Positions 39,453 through 48,975 of a stretch of 64,000 bases of DNA are shown in pieces. The notes beneath the pieces are model-generated. The model saw only the letters and a program-made list of their open reading frames with translations. It was not told the DNA's origin and searched no databases. The stretch covers positions 992 through 64,991 of the forward strand of contig JAOJYB010000005.1 in assembly GCA_028242535.1 (NCBI GenBank), read 5' to 3'. Every line of letters starts with the position of its first letter. Within the stretch, counting starts at the first letter, position 1. A program made the translations under genes and the position numbers. Origin of the DNA: Candidatus Nitrosopelagicus sp. GTDB taxonomy: Archaea > Thermoproteota > Nitrososphaeria > Nitrososphaerales > Nitrosopumilaceae.

Positions 39453-40366
39453 TGTGGAAAGCCGCTTCCAATTATTCGGATGGTATTTGATTCAGGTTTT
39501 AGTAATACACAGACATCTCCAGACATTACAATAACTGGCTTTTCAAATGTCAGTTTCATAGGAGATACAGATGCAAACTTTGCAGCCTTTATCTGAAGAC
39601 CTATACTTACAAGACACATTTGATTTTCTGCCAGAGTTGCCTTGAAGAACTGGTTTTGTTTAAAGTCAATAGTAATTTCAGTTACAGTTTTGATTGAAGT
39701 GTCATTTGATAATACATCACCTCGAGTTATCTCATCATGCTTGATATTTTTGAGAGATAGACCAACTCGAGCAGGAGAAAGGGATTCTTTTACGTCATCA
39801 TCATGCATTTGAATTGATTTTACCATTGCCTCAATTTTAGAAGGATAATGCTGAAGTTTATCATATTGAGTAATCTTTCCAGATAGAACCTTTCCTAATG
39901 CCACGGTTCCCACTCCTTTGACATCAAAGGTGTGATCAATTACAATACTAGTACTTCCATCTTTTTTTGCAGTAGCAAAGTTTGCCAATTCATCTTTAAT
40001 CTTATCTTGTTCAACTTTTTTGTATCCTTCAATTACGGTTCCCTTTATCATTAAGTCTAATCTGCTCTCATCAACATCAAATGAGTGAGTTAAAATTCCC
40101 TCTTTTTTTCCAAGTGCATCTAATGCCAGAATTTGTTCTCCTGTAAACTTGTCAAGTGCATTTACATGAAAGATTACATATTCTGCTAGTGCAATTGCTT
40201 GAAATAGAGGCTGAATTTTTTCAGGAAACCCATTAGGTGTAACAAAGGTGTAAATTTTTTCGGCTTCTTTTCGGTCAAATAATGTTAAATCAGTAGAGGT
40301 CCCTTTTTTTCCAAAATCAGTTGCTATAGACTGGTCACCTAAGATTACGAAATTTACAGACTCCAC
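39449..40366 (-). CDS. SelB-like / EF-Tu domain-2 protein with degenerate G domain
   Basis: GKKGTSTD, IDHTFDVKGVGTVALG, KSIQMHD, RVGLSLKN. Confidence 0.85.
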   Translation of the reverse strand: MESVNFVILGDQSIATDFGKKGTSTDLTLFDRKEAEKIYTFVTPNGFPEKIQPLFQAIALAEYVIFHVNALDKFTGEQILALDALGKKEGILTHSFDVDESRLDLMIKGTVIEGYKKVEQDKIKDELANFATAKKDGSTSIVIDHTFDVKGVGTVALGKVLSGKITQYDKLQHYPSKIEAMVKSIQMHDDDVKESLSPARVGLSLKNIKHDEITRGDVLSNDTSIKTVTEITIDFKQNQFFKATLAENQMCLVSIGLQIKAAKFASVSPMKLTFEKPVIVMSGDVCVLLKPESNTIRIIGSGFPQ

Positions 40367-40381
40367 GAATAATCACTAATT

Positions 40382-41602
40382 TTATCCAGAGGCTTTCTTT
40401 GTTGCGCTTACCAGAGAGATGACATCTCTATCTCGCAATTGATAGTGAGTTGGTAATCGGAGATTGTACCTCAAATCCTTTGCATGTAACAATCCCTTTG
40501 ATAATCCAGTATGAATTTCATTTGCTAGGTCTTTTACAGTGGCACCAGCCTTGAGTAAAATTAAATCAGGAAGTATGTGCCCTTTTTTATCAGAGAGTGT
40601 GTCTTCAATCGCAACAGGATAAACTGCATTCATTTTTAGTAATTTGAAGACTGTTACATTAATTGCAAACTGAACTCCAGTTCGCATGTATTCACCCATG
40701 ATATCCTGTTTGATGAAATTAAGAGCGTTTGTTTGTTTATCGTTTAGGTCCTCAGGTTTTACAATATCAAACTGCTCAGAACCTGGAGAATATTTTATTA
40801 AATCCTGTTGTTCTGCGCGTCTCAGAGTTAACTCACTGTCGGCACTTGCAGGAATTGTAATTACTTCATTATACCTTTCACGAAGACGATTGAAATTTTT
40901 GTCAGCGCCTGGAACATCAATCTTGTTTGCAACTATCAAAGTAGGTTTTGAGGTTTTACGTAAAATTTTTGCAAATTCTTTAGTTTGGCCCATCTCAAAA
41001 TCATCAAATTTAATGTCCTCCAAATTAGTAGTTTTTAGTGCCTGGATCACATGCGATTTTTTGACACCAATTCCTTGGTATAATTCTGTCAATGCATCAA
41101 CTTGTTCTGCACCATCGCGAATGTTTTTAGATAATTTATCACGGTTTCCTTCAAGAATTTTTTGATACCACATTACCAACTCTTCTTCAATGTCTGCAAA
41201 GTCTGAGACAGGATCACCAGAACCCGGTTCGGATATTTTTCCAGTTGAATCAATACTTCCAGAACAATCAACCACATGTAGTAAAGCATCAGATTGTGCG
41301 GCAATGGATAGAAATTGGTTTCCTAATCCCTTACCTTTCCATGCATCTTTGATCAATCCAGGTAAATCAATTAGTTCAATTGGAATGTAACGCCATCCAT
41401 CAACACATTTTGAATTATTTGGTTCATCCTGTACGTTAAATTCCATGTGAACACATAGAGTAATTGCTTGACCTGTTCCAGTTTGCGGTTTTTTTGTTGT
41501 AAATGGATATGTGGAAATTTCAGTAGATGCTAACGTGGCAGAATTGAAAAATGTGGTTTTACCGGTGTTTGTTTTTCCTATAATTCCAATCTTTATCACC
41601 AT
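40382..41602 (-). CDS. ychF: Obg-family ATPase YchF, archaeal type
   Basis: GKTNTGKT, YPFTT, DLPGL, GLGNQFL, ANKID, TGS domain. Confidence 0.93.
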   Translation of the reverse strand: MVIKIGIIGKTNTGKTTFFNSATLASTEISTYPFTTKKPQTGTGQAITLCVHMEFNVQDEPNNSKCVDGWRYIPIELIDLPGLIKDAWKGKGLGNQFLSIAAQSDALLHVVDCSGSIDSTGKISEPGSGDPVSDFADIEEELVMWYQKILEGNRDKLSKNIRDGAEQVDALTELYQGIGVKKSHVIQALKTTNLEDIKFDDFEMGQTKEFAKILRKTSKPTLIVANKIDVPGADKNFNRLRERYNEVITIPASADSELTLRRAEQQDLIKYSPGSEQFDIVKPEDLNDKQTNALNFIKQDIMGEYMRTGVQFAINVTVFKLLKMNAVYPVAIEDTLSDKKGHILPDLILLKAGATVKDLANEIHTGLSKGLLHAKDLRYNLRLPTHYQLRDRDVISLVSATKKASG

Positions 41603-41634
41603 GAGTGAGTTTCCAGTTTATTGTATTTATCTGA

Positions 41635-42000
41635 TTATTTTTCTATTTTATTTTCTATATTTGAAATTGCATTTTGGATCTCTTTTAAATTCCATTTCAT
41701 CTCATCTAATTGTTCTGGAGTGATTTCATCATGCCATTTTTCAAGAATCGTTTTTGTAATTTCAATACAATTGTATAAAACACCCCAGTATGGATGATGC
41801 TCTGCAGTCGTATATGCTAATTCTGCTGCATCCTCTACTCCAATTTTTGCTCTTGTAACAGAGTCCATCTTTTCACCAAAAATTTTTACAGAATCAAAAT
41901 CAAGATTAGATTCCATCTTTATCTGAGTCTGTTTTTTCTCAAATTTCTCTACTAAAACTTTTAGCTCTCCATAAAATGCTTGAAATGAATTATTAGACAT
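41635..42000 (-). CDS. Hypothetical protein
   Basis: 121-aa ORF coupled to the upstream gene (1-nt overlap). Confidence 0.7.
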   Translation of the reverse strand: MSNNSFQAFYGELKVLVEKFEKKQTQIKMESNLDFDSVKIFGEKMDSVTRAKIGVEDAAELAYTTAEHHPYWGVLYNCIEITKTILEKWHDEITPEQLDEMKWNLKEIQNAISNIENKIEK

Positions 42001-42410
42001 TATAACAACCGTCTATGTTCCGCCAACATGCATCTGTTAAAAACTACATCAATACCTGCATCATGTGCCAATTGTTCTGCTTCTTCATTGTGTATTCCTT
42101 CCTGAAGCCAAATAACTTTGGGTTTTTTCTTTATGGCTTCTTTAATAATTGGCAACACTTGATCCGATGGCCTAAACACATCTACAATATCAATCTCATC
42201 AGGTACGTCAGTGATCTCATCATAACATTGTTTTTTCAAAATCACATCCGAATTTGGATTGACAGGAATTATATCATATCCATTTTCATGCAAATATTTT
42301 GGTACGTAGTGTGCGGCCTTGTCTGGATTTTTTGACATTCCAATTACGGCGACCTTTTTCATCTTCAAGATTTCTAAAATTTCATCATCGGTATGTGGAT
42401 CATCTTCCAT
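42000..42410 (-). CDS. CoA-binding protein (YccU-like)
   Basis: VAVIGMS, IIPVNP, DIVDVFR, WLQEG, NRCM. Confidence 0.93.
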   Translation of the reverse strand: MEDDPHTDDEILEILKMKKVAVIGMSKNPDKAAHYVPKYLHENGYDIIPVNPNSDVILKKQCYDEITDVPDEIDIVDVFRPSDQVLPIIKEAIKKKPKVIWLQEGIHNEEAEQLAHDAGIDVVFNRCMLAEHRRLL

Positions 42411-42439
42411 GGAAAAAAATTATTTTTAGAACTAATATG

Positions 42440-42559
42440 TTAATCGTCATGCTCGTGTGCAGTCAAATGACAATCACAATTACAGAGTTCAGTGGTATGA
42501 TTATTTTGGCAATCAATACACTCAAAGTGTTTGTGGTTTTCACAGCTGGAGCAAATCAT
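42440..42559 (-). CDS. 39-aa Cys/His-rich metallothionein-like peptide (not in ORF track)
   Basis: MICSSCENHKHFECIDCQNNHTTELCNCDCHLTAHEHDD*; 7 Cys and 6 His; TATA-like element ~25-35 nt upstream. Confidence 0.7.
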   Translation of the reverse strand: MICSSCENHKHFECIDCQNNHTTELCNCDCHLTAHEHDD

Positions 42560-42638
42560 GATTGATTGTATAATTACAATTTTGTATTAATATATGTCGA
42601 AACTTTGATTATTATTACGAGAAATATGCGTCAGAATT

Positions 42639-43469
42639 GTGGATATTTCTGTAGGCCATACACCTGATTCAGACGATGCATTCATGTTCTATGCAATGTT
42701 TACTGACAAAGTGAAATCAGATGATTTCTCGGTTACACATGTTATAGAAGATATTGAAAAATTGAATAAAAAGGCGAAAAATCCAGAGTTAGACGTCACT
42801 GCAGTTTCAGTGCATGCTTGTGCATACATTCCAAATTATGTAATGCTAAGAAGCGGCGGAAGTTTTGGAATTGGGTATGGTCCAATTGTTACTGCAACGA
42901 AGCCTATGACAATTGATGAGATAAAAAAATCAAAGATTGCAATTCCAGGAGAGATGACATCGGCATTTTTGCTTTTACAATTAATGATTGGAAAGTTTGA
43001 TTACGTTGAGATGAACTTTAGTGATATTCCAGAGGCTGTAAGAAACGGCAAGGTAGATGTTGGATTGGTAATTCATGAAACGCAATTATCATTTGAACAG
43101 GAAGGAATACAGAAAATTCTCGATGTTGGAGAATGGTGGGATAAAGAGTCCGGAGGATTGCCAGTCCCATTAGGAGTTAATGTAATGAATGAAAAATTAG
43201 GCGAGGAAGTAATTCATAAATTTGATTTGTATTTACAAGATTCAATAAAATTTGCAAGGAACAACGTTAAAGATGCACTTGATTACGCTATGCAGTACAG
43301 TAGAGGAAAATCAAGAGAGTTGATTGAGAAATTTGTTCTCATGTATGTCAACAAAGTGACAGTTGATATGGGTGAGCAAGGAGAAAAGGCAGTCAAGTTG
43401 ATGTTTGAAATGGCAAAACAAAAGGGCCTGGTTCCAGAATTTGATCTAAAGATTTCAAAACCATTGTGA
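42639..43469 (+). CDS. mqnD: 1,4-dihydroxy-6-naphthoate synthase (futalosine pathway)
   Basis: GHTPDSDDAFMF, GGSFGIGYGP, IPGEMTSA, IHE, LPVPLG, MYVN. Confidence 0.92.
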   Translation: MDISVGHTPDSDDAFMFYAMFTDKVKSDDFSVTHVIEDIEKLNKKAKNPELDVTAVSVHACAYIPNYVMLRSGGSFGIGYGPIVTATKPMTIDEIKKSKIAIPGEMTSAFLLLQLMIGKFDYVEMNFSDIPEAVRNGKVDVGLVIHETQLSFEQEGIQKILDVGEWWDKESGGLPVPLGVNVMNEKLGEEVIHKFDLYLQDSIKFARNNVKDALDYAMQYSRGKSRELIEKFVLMYVNKVTVDMGEQGEKAVKLMFEMAKQKGLVPEFDLKISKPL

Positions 43470-43529
43470 AAAATGGAACAAAGATAAATTGTTCATGGTG
43501 TTTATATTCAAAATACACGTACGCTAATT

Positions 43530-43601
43530 ATGAAAGCAACTCCAAATAATGATTCAGCATATGATTACTCTGGACTTTTCATCGATGACGAAGAATTCTG
43601 A
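43530..43601 (+). CDS. 23-aa acidic micro-ORF (not in ORF track)
   Basis: MKATPNNDSAYDYSGLFIDDEEF*; TTTATA box at 43501, a leaderless-type spacing. Confidence 0.45.
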   Translation: MKATPNNDSAYDYSGLFIDDEEF

Positions 43602-43645
43602 GCCTGTAAAATCAACATCTAGTATTTATTATCCAAAGAAGAAAA

Positions 43646-43870
43646 TTGTCCATGAAGCTTTTCTTAAATTTTGACCCTTGTATAGAATGTAAAGAGATGA
43701 TGACTGAATTATCATCTGAAGAGATGCTCTTTGCTGACGATGAGATAAGAGCAGACGTATCAGCAAAGTTCCTCAGACATTTGACTTACAATCACAACGA
43801 AGTGGTAAAGGCAGTAATGTCAGAAGTTAAGAGTCAACAAAGAAGCCCAGAATTTGATTTATACAAGTAA
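43646..43870 (+). CDS. Small hypothetical protein with CxxC...HxxxxH
   Basis: CIEC and HLTYNH. Confidence 0.7.
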   Translation: MSMKLFLNFDPCIECKEMMTELSSEEMLFADDEIRADVSAKFLRHLTYNHNEVVKAVMSEVKSQQRSPEFDLYK

Positions 43871-44836
43871 TTAAGCAGTCACTTTTTGGATAAGCAATTC
43901 TTTTAGCTCATCAATATTTTTTGTAGTGCTAAGTCTGTTTCGTAGTTGAGCACCACCTACAGTTCCCTTTGTAAATCGAATTGCTTGTTGTTTTATGTTT
44001 GCAAATCTAATGTTGTACTGAGATGTCAATTCAAGATATGTGACAAATGCCTCTAGTTTGTCTGTGAGTGAATAATGTTTGTATGTCCCACATTCAAGAT
44101 AGTCGTTAATTTGTTCAAATATGAAAGGATTACCCATTGCTCCTCTTCCTATCATTATATAATCACAGCCAGTGTAATCAAGAACTTTTTTTGCAATTTC
44201 AGGAGATGTGATATCGCCATTTCCAACTACAGGTACAGACACGTTTTGTTTTAATTTTTTAATCATATCCCAGTCTGAATGTCCAGAGTATCCCTGTGAC
44301 ACAGTTCTAGGATGAAGTGTAATCATTTGAATTCCTTCTTGTTCGGCAATCTTTGAGATTTCTAAGAAAAGTGATTTGTTTTCTTCAGTTACACCCATTC
44401 GCATTTTTAGCGATATTGGTTTTTTGACTGTGTTTACAAGTGTGCGAAATATTTCTCTCGTAAGGTCAGAATTTTGTAGCAAAGCACCACCAGCCATCTG
44501 TTTGGTAATGTGAGGTGCAGGACATCCCATATTGTAATCAATCATGTCAAAATATGGAGATACAATTTTTGCAGCTTTTTCTAATGCAGGAATATCAGAG
44601 CCAAACAATTGAATAGAGAGTGGGCGCTCTTTTTCAGAAAATTCTATAAATTCAGTAATATTTTTTGATTGAGATTCTAGCTGTTTATGCTTTGCAACTA
44701 TTGCATTTACACTAGTCAATTCAGTTACAACAAGTCCAGCACCCATTTTTTTGCACATTATACGTAGTGCAGGATCACTAACACCTGCCATTGGAGCCAG
44801 AAATACCTTACTGGCGAAATGTGGAAGTTGTGACAT
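43871..44836 (-). CDS. dus: tRNA-dihydrouridine synthase
   Basis: LAPMAGVSD, NMGCP, GGALL, HPRT, GNGDI, MIGRGAMGNP. Confidence 0.95.
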   Translation of the reverse strand: MSQLPHFASKVFLAPMAGVSDPALRIMCKKMGAGLVVTELTSVNAIVAKHKQLESQSKNITEFIEFSEKERPLSIQLFGSDIPALEKAAKIVSPYFDMIDYNMGCPAPHITKQMAGGALLQNSDLTREIFRTLVNTVKKPISLKMRMGVTEENKSLFLEISKIAEQEGIQMITLHPRTVSQGYSGHSDWDMIKKLKQNVSVPVVGNGDITSPEIAKKVLDYTGCDYIMIGRGAMGNPFIFEQINDYLECGTYKHYSLTDKLEAFVTYLELTSQYNIRFANIKQQAIRFTKGTVGGAQLRNRLSTTKNIDELKELLIQKVTA

Positions 44837-44888
44837 ACAAAGAGGTTTTCAGAATTATATATTAAATCTACATTCCCTAAATGATGTT

Positions 44889-45170
44889 ATGTTAGTAGAT
44901 AAGAAAATTTTAGCAGGAGGCATAGCAATGATTATTGTTGGCATATCACTTTCTGCAATGTTAACAGATATGACGCCAATCGGTAGAGAAGGAATGACTG
45001 ATGAGGAGATTGTAGAATTTTTAACTCAAGAAAGAGAAAATGAAGATTTTACAACACTTGCAGGCATCCTAGTTGGAATTGGATTTCTTCTAATATTGAT
45101 TAGTTTTGGAGCACGCAAGAAAAGAAAAGGCGGTGCAAAGAAAACAGAGAAAAAACCTGCAACTAAGTAA
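44889..45170 (+). CDS. Two-TM membrane protein with basic tail
   Basis: Start moved to ATG 44889; two hydrophobic segments. Confidence 0.7.
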   Translation: MLVDKKILAGGIAMIIVGISLSAMLTDMTPIGREGMTDEEIVEFLTQERENEDFTTLAGILVGIGFLLILISFGARKKRKGGAKKTEKKPATK

Positions 45171-46263
45171 AGGTTTGAAGTTTTTCAAAAAATGTATTTC
45201 GTTGAATAGGAGTGCGGCCAATCTCTTTTGCAAGAGTTGCCAATTCCAATAATGAAGAATTGGTTGGTTTACCGGCTGCACGATAAATTTCCTCAGAAAA
45301 TGCGGTACCTACCAAATCGTTTCCTCCATGAGATAATGCAACTTGAGCAAGTTTTGTTCCATAGGCAACCCAATAGACAGAAATATTGTTGAGTGTTTGT
45401 GCAAGCATCAATCTTGATAATGCAATAATTTTTAGATCGTAAATGGAAGATGATTCATGTGTAACTTGATGCTCTTTTTCAAGTTCAGTATTATCAAGAC
45501 TGAACTTTAAGGGAATCAAAGTGATGAATCCTTTAGTCTTTTTTTGTAATTCCCTAATCTTTATCAAATGATCAACAACATGTTCTGGTTTTTCTATATG
45601 ACCATAAAGCATTGTAACATTGCTTTTAATTCCAAGATTGTGTGCAGTCTCAATTGTATCAAGCCATTCTTGTCCAGTACATTTTCCTCGAATAATTTTT
45701 GAGCGAATATCAGGATGAAACAATTCAGCCCCTCCACCAGGCATTGAATCAAGTCCTGCATCTTTTAATCTAGATAAAATTTCAGTTATAGAATTTTTTG
45801 TTAATTTGGATAGATAGAAAATTTCTGCTGCAGTAAATGCCTTAATGGTCATGTCAGGATGTTTTTGCTTTATTGCAGACATCATCTCTTCATAATAATC
45901 AAGTTGTAAGTCAGGATGAAATCCACCTACAATATGCACTTCGGTTGCACCCAAATCTTTTGCAGCTGCAACTCGTTTTTCTATTTGAGCAGGAGTAAGT
46001 GTGTAAGCATCTTCTTCCCCACCTTTACGATAAAATGCACACATCTGACAGCTTGCAGCACACAGATTTGTGTAATTCATGTAATATGATGCCGCAAAAG
46101 AGACAGTATCACCTACAAGTTTTTTTCTAACTATATCAGCTGCAGCCCCAATTACATGAAGATTGTCATCATTTAGTATTTCCATACCGTCATCAAATGT
46201 CAATTCTTCACCATTTATGGCATGTTCAATTGCAGTAGAAGTCCCAACCAATTCTTCTAACAT
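45163..46263 (-). CDS. mqnE: Radical SAM aminofutalosine synthase (CofH/MqnC/MqnE family, MqnE-like)
   Basis: NYTNLCAASCQMCAF, HIVGG, MPGGGAE, TMLYGHIE; near mqnD. Confidence 0.8.
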   Translation of the reverse strand: MLEELVGTSTAIEHAINGEELTFDDGMEILNDDNLHVIGAAADIVRKKLVGDTVSFAASYYMNYTNLCAASCQMCAFYRKGGEEDAYTLTPAQIEKRVAAAKDLGATEVHIVGGFHPDLQLDYYEEMMSAIKQKHPDMTIKAFTAAEIFYLSKLTKNSITEILSRLKDAGLDSMPGGGAELFHPDIRSKIIRGKCTGQEWLDTIETAHNLGIKSNVTMLYGHIEKPEHVVDHLIKIRELQKKTKGFITLIPLKFSLDNTELEKEHQVTHESSSIYDLKIIALSRLMLAQTLNNISVYWVAYGTKLAQVALSHGGNDLVGTAFSEEIYRAAGKPTNSSLLELATLAKEIGRTPIQRNTFFEKLQTFT

Positions 46264-46314
46264 GATTAATTTGATAACAGTGAAAATATAAAACAATGCA
46301 AGCTAAGTTTTAGT

Positions 46315-46488
46315 ATGGTATTACCATTAGTTGACGAAGATAAGCCAAAGTGCTTTTTGTGTCACAATACATTTGACGACTATGAAAATCTAAGAAAACA
46401 TCAAGAAGAAAAGCATAAGGATTTTTTTGAATATCATGAAAATGGGGATAAGAGAGGACCAGCCCCAGGCGATGTCTCTATTTTTTAG
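46315..46488 (+). CDS. 57-aa C2H2 zinc-finger protein (not in ORF track)
   Basis: MVLPLVDEDKPKCFLCHNTFDDYENLRKHQEEKH...; canonical C-x2-C-x3-F-x5-L-x2-H-x4-H. Confidence 0.85.
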   Translation: MVLPLVDEDKPKCFLCHNTFDDYENLRKHQEEKHKDFFEYHENGDKRGPAPGDVSIF

Positions 46489-46963
46489 ATTTTTGTGATT
46501 TTAATAATTCAAGTGCTTTTTGTTTACCCATATTCGCCAAATCATAGTCCTTGTCAATTGTAAGGGCTTTTTTGAAGCATATTAGAGCATAATCAAGTTC
46601 ACCTATCTCACCTAGAGACATTCCTTTGTATGCAAGAGCCATTGCAAAATGGGGCTTAATTTTTAGAGCTGCATCATAACATTCAATGGCATCAGAAAAT
46701 TTTGATTTTGCATGCAGTAAAGTTCCTTTACCAATTAAAGCATCTAAGTTGTTTGGCTCATCCTTTAAAATGGAATTATAGATTTGAAAAGATTGTGAGT
46801 TTTTTTCCATTCGTTGTAAGGTTGCGGCTTTATCTAATAAGGCAGAAATATTTTTTGGATCTGATTCCAGAACTTTATCATAAAGAAATATAGATTCCTC
46901 ATATTCCTCTTCTTCTGCAAGATCAGATGCTTGTTCAAGAATTTTTTGGAATTTTTTATCCAC
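46478..46963 (-). CDS. TPR-repeat protein
   Basis: Four 34-aa repeats with A...Y..AL...P pattern. Confidence 0.92.
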   Translation of the reverse strand: MDKKFQKILEQASDLAEEEEYEESIFLYDKVLESDPKNISALLDKAATLQRMEKNSQSFQIYNSILKDEPNNLDALIGKGTLLHAKSKFSDAIECYDAALKIKPHFAMALAYKGMSLGEIGELDYALICFKKALTIDKDYDLANMGKQKALELLKSQKSKK

Positions 46964-46995
46964 TACTATAACATGTTTTTCCTAGATAATATTCA

Positions 46996-47706
46996 TTATT
47001 GTTTAATTTTTCTATATATTAAAAATCCAATTAAAAGAAAGATACCAGATATGATTCCAATGAATATTACAAGAGGTGTAAAATCTTCAGAGAAGTATCT
47101 TGACTCAAGCCATGCATTTGGAAGTACTGTGACAAAATCATTTCCAGAAAAGTCTTCTACATATCCAATAGCTACTGCAAGTTTTCCACTGGATCCATTC
47201 TTATCAAAAACGGCCATATAGTATGTACCAGGTGCTTCTATCTCTAGATCAATTTCTTGACGTTCCCAGTAAGTGATTTGTCCAAATGGTTCATAGAACT
47301 CTTTTGATGGGATAGGTCCATTATAATCAAAGACATATGCATCATATCCTTCGGGGAGATAATAATCAAAATTCTTGTCTGTATCCAATACACGAAGCTC
47401 GTCAACAAGTTCTAGAAATGTTGCAGGTCCTATCAATACAAGTGATGGGGTAAAATCTTCTAGAGGTTCAAGTTTCGGAATGACAATGCTGCTGTATAAT
47501 CTATCACCTTTTTTTGCATCAAATTTGTAAAACAATGGTTTGTCTTGTAGTTCTTCATACATTGCCCAAGAAATCACGGGGTTTGGAATTTCTAGTGCCG
47601 ATTCATAATCAATATTTGTACCATCTGTAGGAATCAATTTATGCCCAAATGCGGATGCAGGAAGCATAAATAAGCAAAACAATCCAATAAACACAATTTT
47701 CTGCAT
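46996..47706 (-). CDS. Secreted, C-terminally anchored protein
   Basis: Signal peptide (AFG|H), FYEPF motif, C-terminal TM and basic tail. Confidence 0.8.
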   Translation of the reverse strand: MQKIVFIGLFCLFMLPASAFGHKLIPTDGTNIDYESALEIPNPVISWAMYEELQDKPLFYKFDAKKGDRLYSSIVIPKLEPLEDFTPSLVLIGPATFLELVDELRVLDTDKNFDYYLPEGYDAYVFDYNGPIPSKEFYEPFGQITYWERQEIDLEIEAPGTYYMAVFDKNGSSGKLAVAIGYVEDFSGNDFVTVLPNAWLESRYFSEDFTPLVIFIGIISGIFLLIGFLIYRKIKQ

Positions 47707-47903
47707 AATAACCTGTAGAGAATTGAGGATTTAACGGATGACAAAATATTGGTTAGACTATCAGCAGCATCAGGGATTTATGTTCAGGATCATGTTAAAT
47801 TCAAAGGTACATCAAAAAAATTAAAATAGATTCAGATCTAATTTTTCAAGAAATTGTTAATAACGAAATAAAATTTGATACTATTGAAATATTTGTCAAA
47901 TAG

Positions 47904-48665
47904 TCATGTCCAAGAACAAAGATAGTTTTTTGACACTTCACCAAAAAAGAATCCTAAGGAAATACGAGATTTAATCCCAATTACTGATTCCACCTTATGA
48001 TATAATTTTGGATTAAATATAATCATGTTACCAGTAACAGGAAATATTTTTTTTTGAGTGACATTTTTGATTAAATCTAGTGAGTAACCAAACTCAGGAT
48101 GTCTCATTCGTTCATCATTTTTGTTCCACATCTTGTCATAGATTGTTAATTCACCACCAAGTAGTGGAGATTGAATATAAAGAATTGCAGATAGTTGGTT
48201 TTTGAAATTACTTATTCCATATTCGGACATCTCAAAATTAGAATTATCTCGATGTAGATGTACAAAATCACCATCTTCATAAATTCTAATCATTGCAATA
48301 GAATAGATCATTTCATTTTCAAATGCAGACGATATTTTTTTTTGAAATATTTTTGAAATTGTTTGTTGCATTATATGTATTGGAGAAATGTTATCTGAAA
48401 ATAGATTTTTGAGAGTTTGATTGGATATTAATGCATTTGAAAAATATTTTGATTTTTCATAAATATGAGAGCTCAAAGATGTTCCAATTTTTTTAGATAT
48501 TCCAGGACTAAATCCCATAAAATTTGTCTTCAATATTTTTCCAGTTAATGAAATACAAGAGGAATTTGACAAGACATTAGGCACAATTAGAGCAGGAATT
48601 TTTCCAGATATCAGATCAGCATAGGTAGAATTTGTTGTTTCCCTTAAGATTTGAGTAGTCCACAT
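47904..48665 (-). CDS. 2OG-Fe(II) oxygenase
   Basis: HRD...GGELT...H.V...RIS jelly-roll motifs; start probably MWTTQ. Confidence 0.82.
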   Translation of the reverse strand: MWTTQILRETTNSTYADLISGKIPALIVPNVLSNSSCISLTGKILKTNFMGFSPGISKKIGTSLSSHIYEKSKYFSNALISNQTLKNLFSDNISPIHIMQQTISKIFQKKISSAFENEMIYSIAMIRIYEDGDFVHLHRDNSNFEMSEYGISNFKNQLSAILYIQSPLLGGELTIYDKMWNKNDERMRHPEFGYSLDLIKNVTQKKIFPVTGNMIIFNPKLYHKVESVIGIKSRISLGFFFGEVSKNYLCSWT

Positions 48666-48952
48666 CAATATCCCCCAGCGCCAGAATGAGATACAGTGCA
48701 TACGAGCCTATTTTCAGAATTTCTGCCTGAAATTTCACATTTTACAAATTTGTCTTTGAGATTTTGTTCAATTTGCAAAATATCCCTAGAATTCTCATCT
48801 ACAGAAATGCTTGGAATATCAATTTGAGTAAAGTGAATTTCCTCAACATCTTGATAACTATCACCATTGGTATCCTTTTGATGTGATACGTTCATCTCAA
48901 AAGAAGTAGTAGAAATAATTTTTATTACCGTTCCCCAAATTATGTCAGTCAT
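48665..48952 (-). CDS. Hypothetical protein (possible OB-fold-like)
   Basis: 95 aa; GTVIKIIST.SF and R...RL patterns recall thermonuclease-type OB folds. Confidence 0.55.
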   Translation of the reverse strand: MTDIIWGTVIKIISTTSFEMNVSHQKDTNGDSYQDVEEIHFTQIDIPSISVDENSRDILQIEQNLKDKFVKCEISGRNSENRLVCTVSHSGAGGY

Positions 48953-48975
48953 TATGCATCATAAAAAAAGAGACT

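Noticed and set aside
42299-42565. Plus-strand 88-aa ORF in the track
   Set aside because: Overlaps the CoA-binding gene; the minus-strand Cys/His peptide explains the region better
46315-46327. ATGGTA-T-TACCAT palindrome resembling the phasin operator
   Set aside because: Different spacing, overlaps a start codon and has no PHA context; plausibly chance
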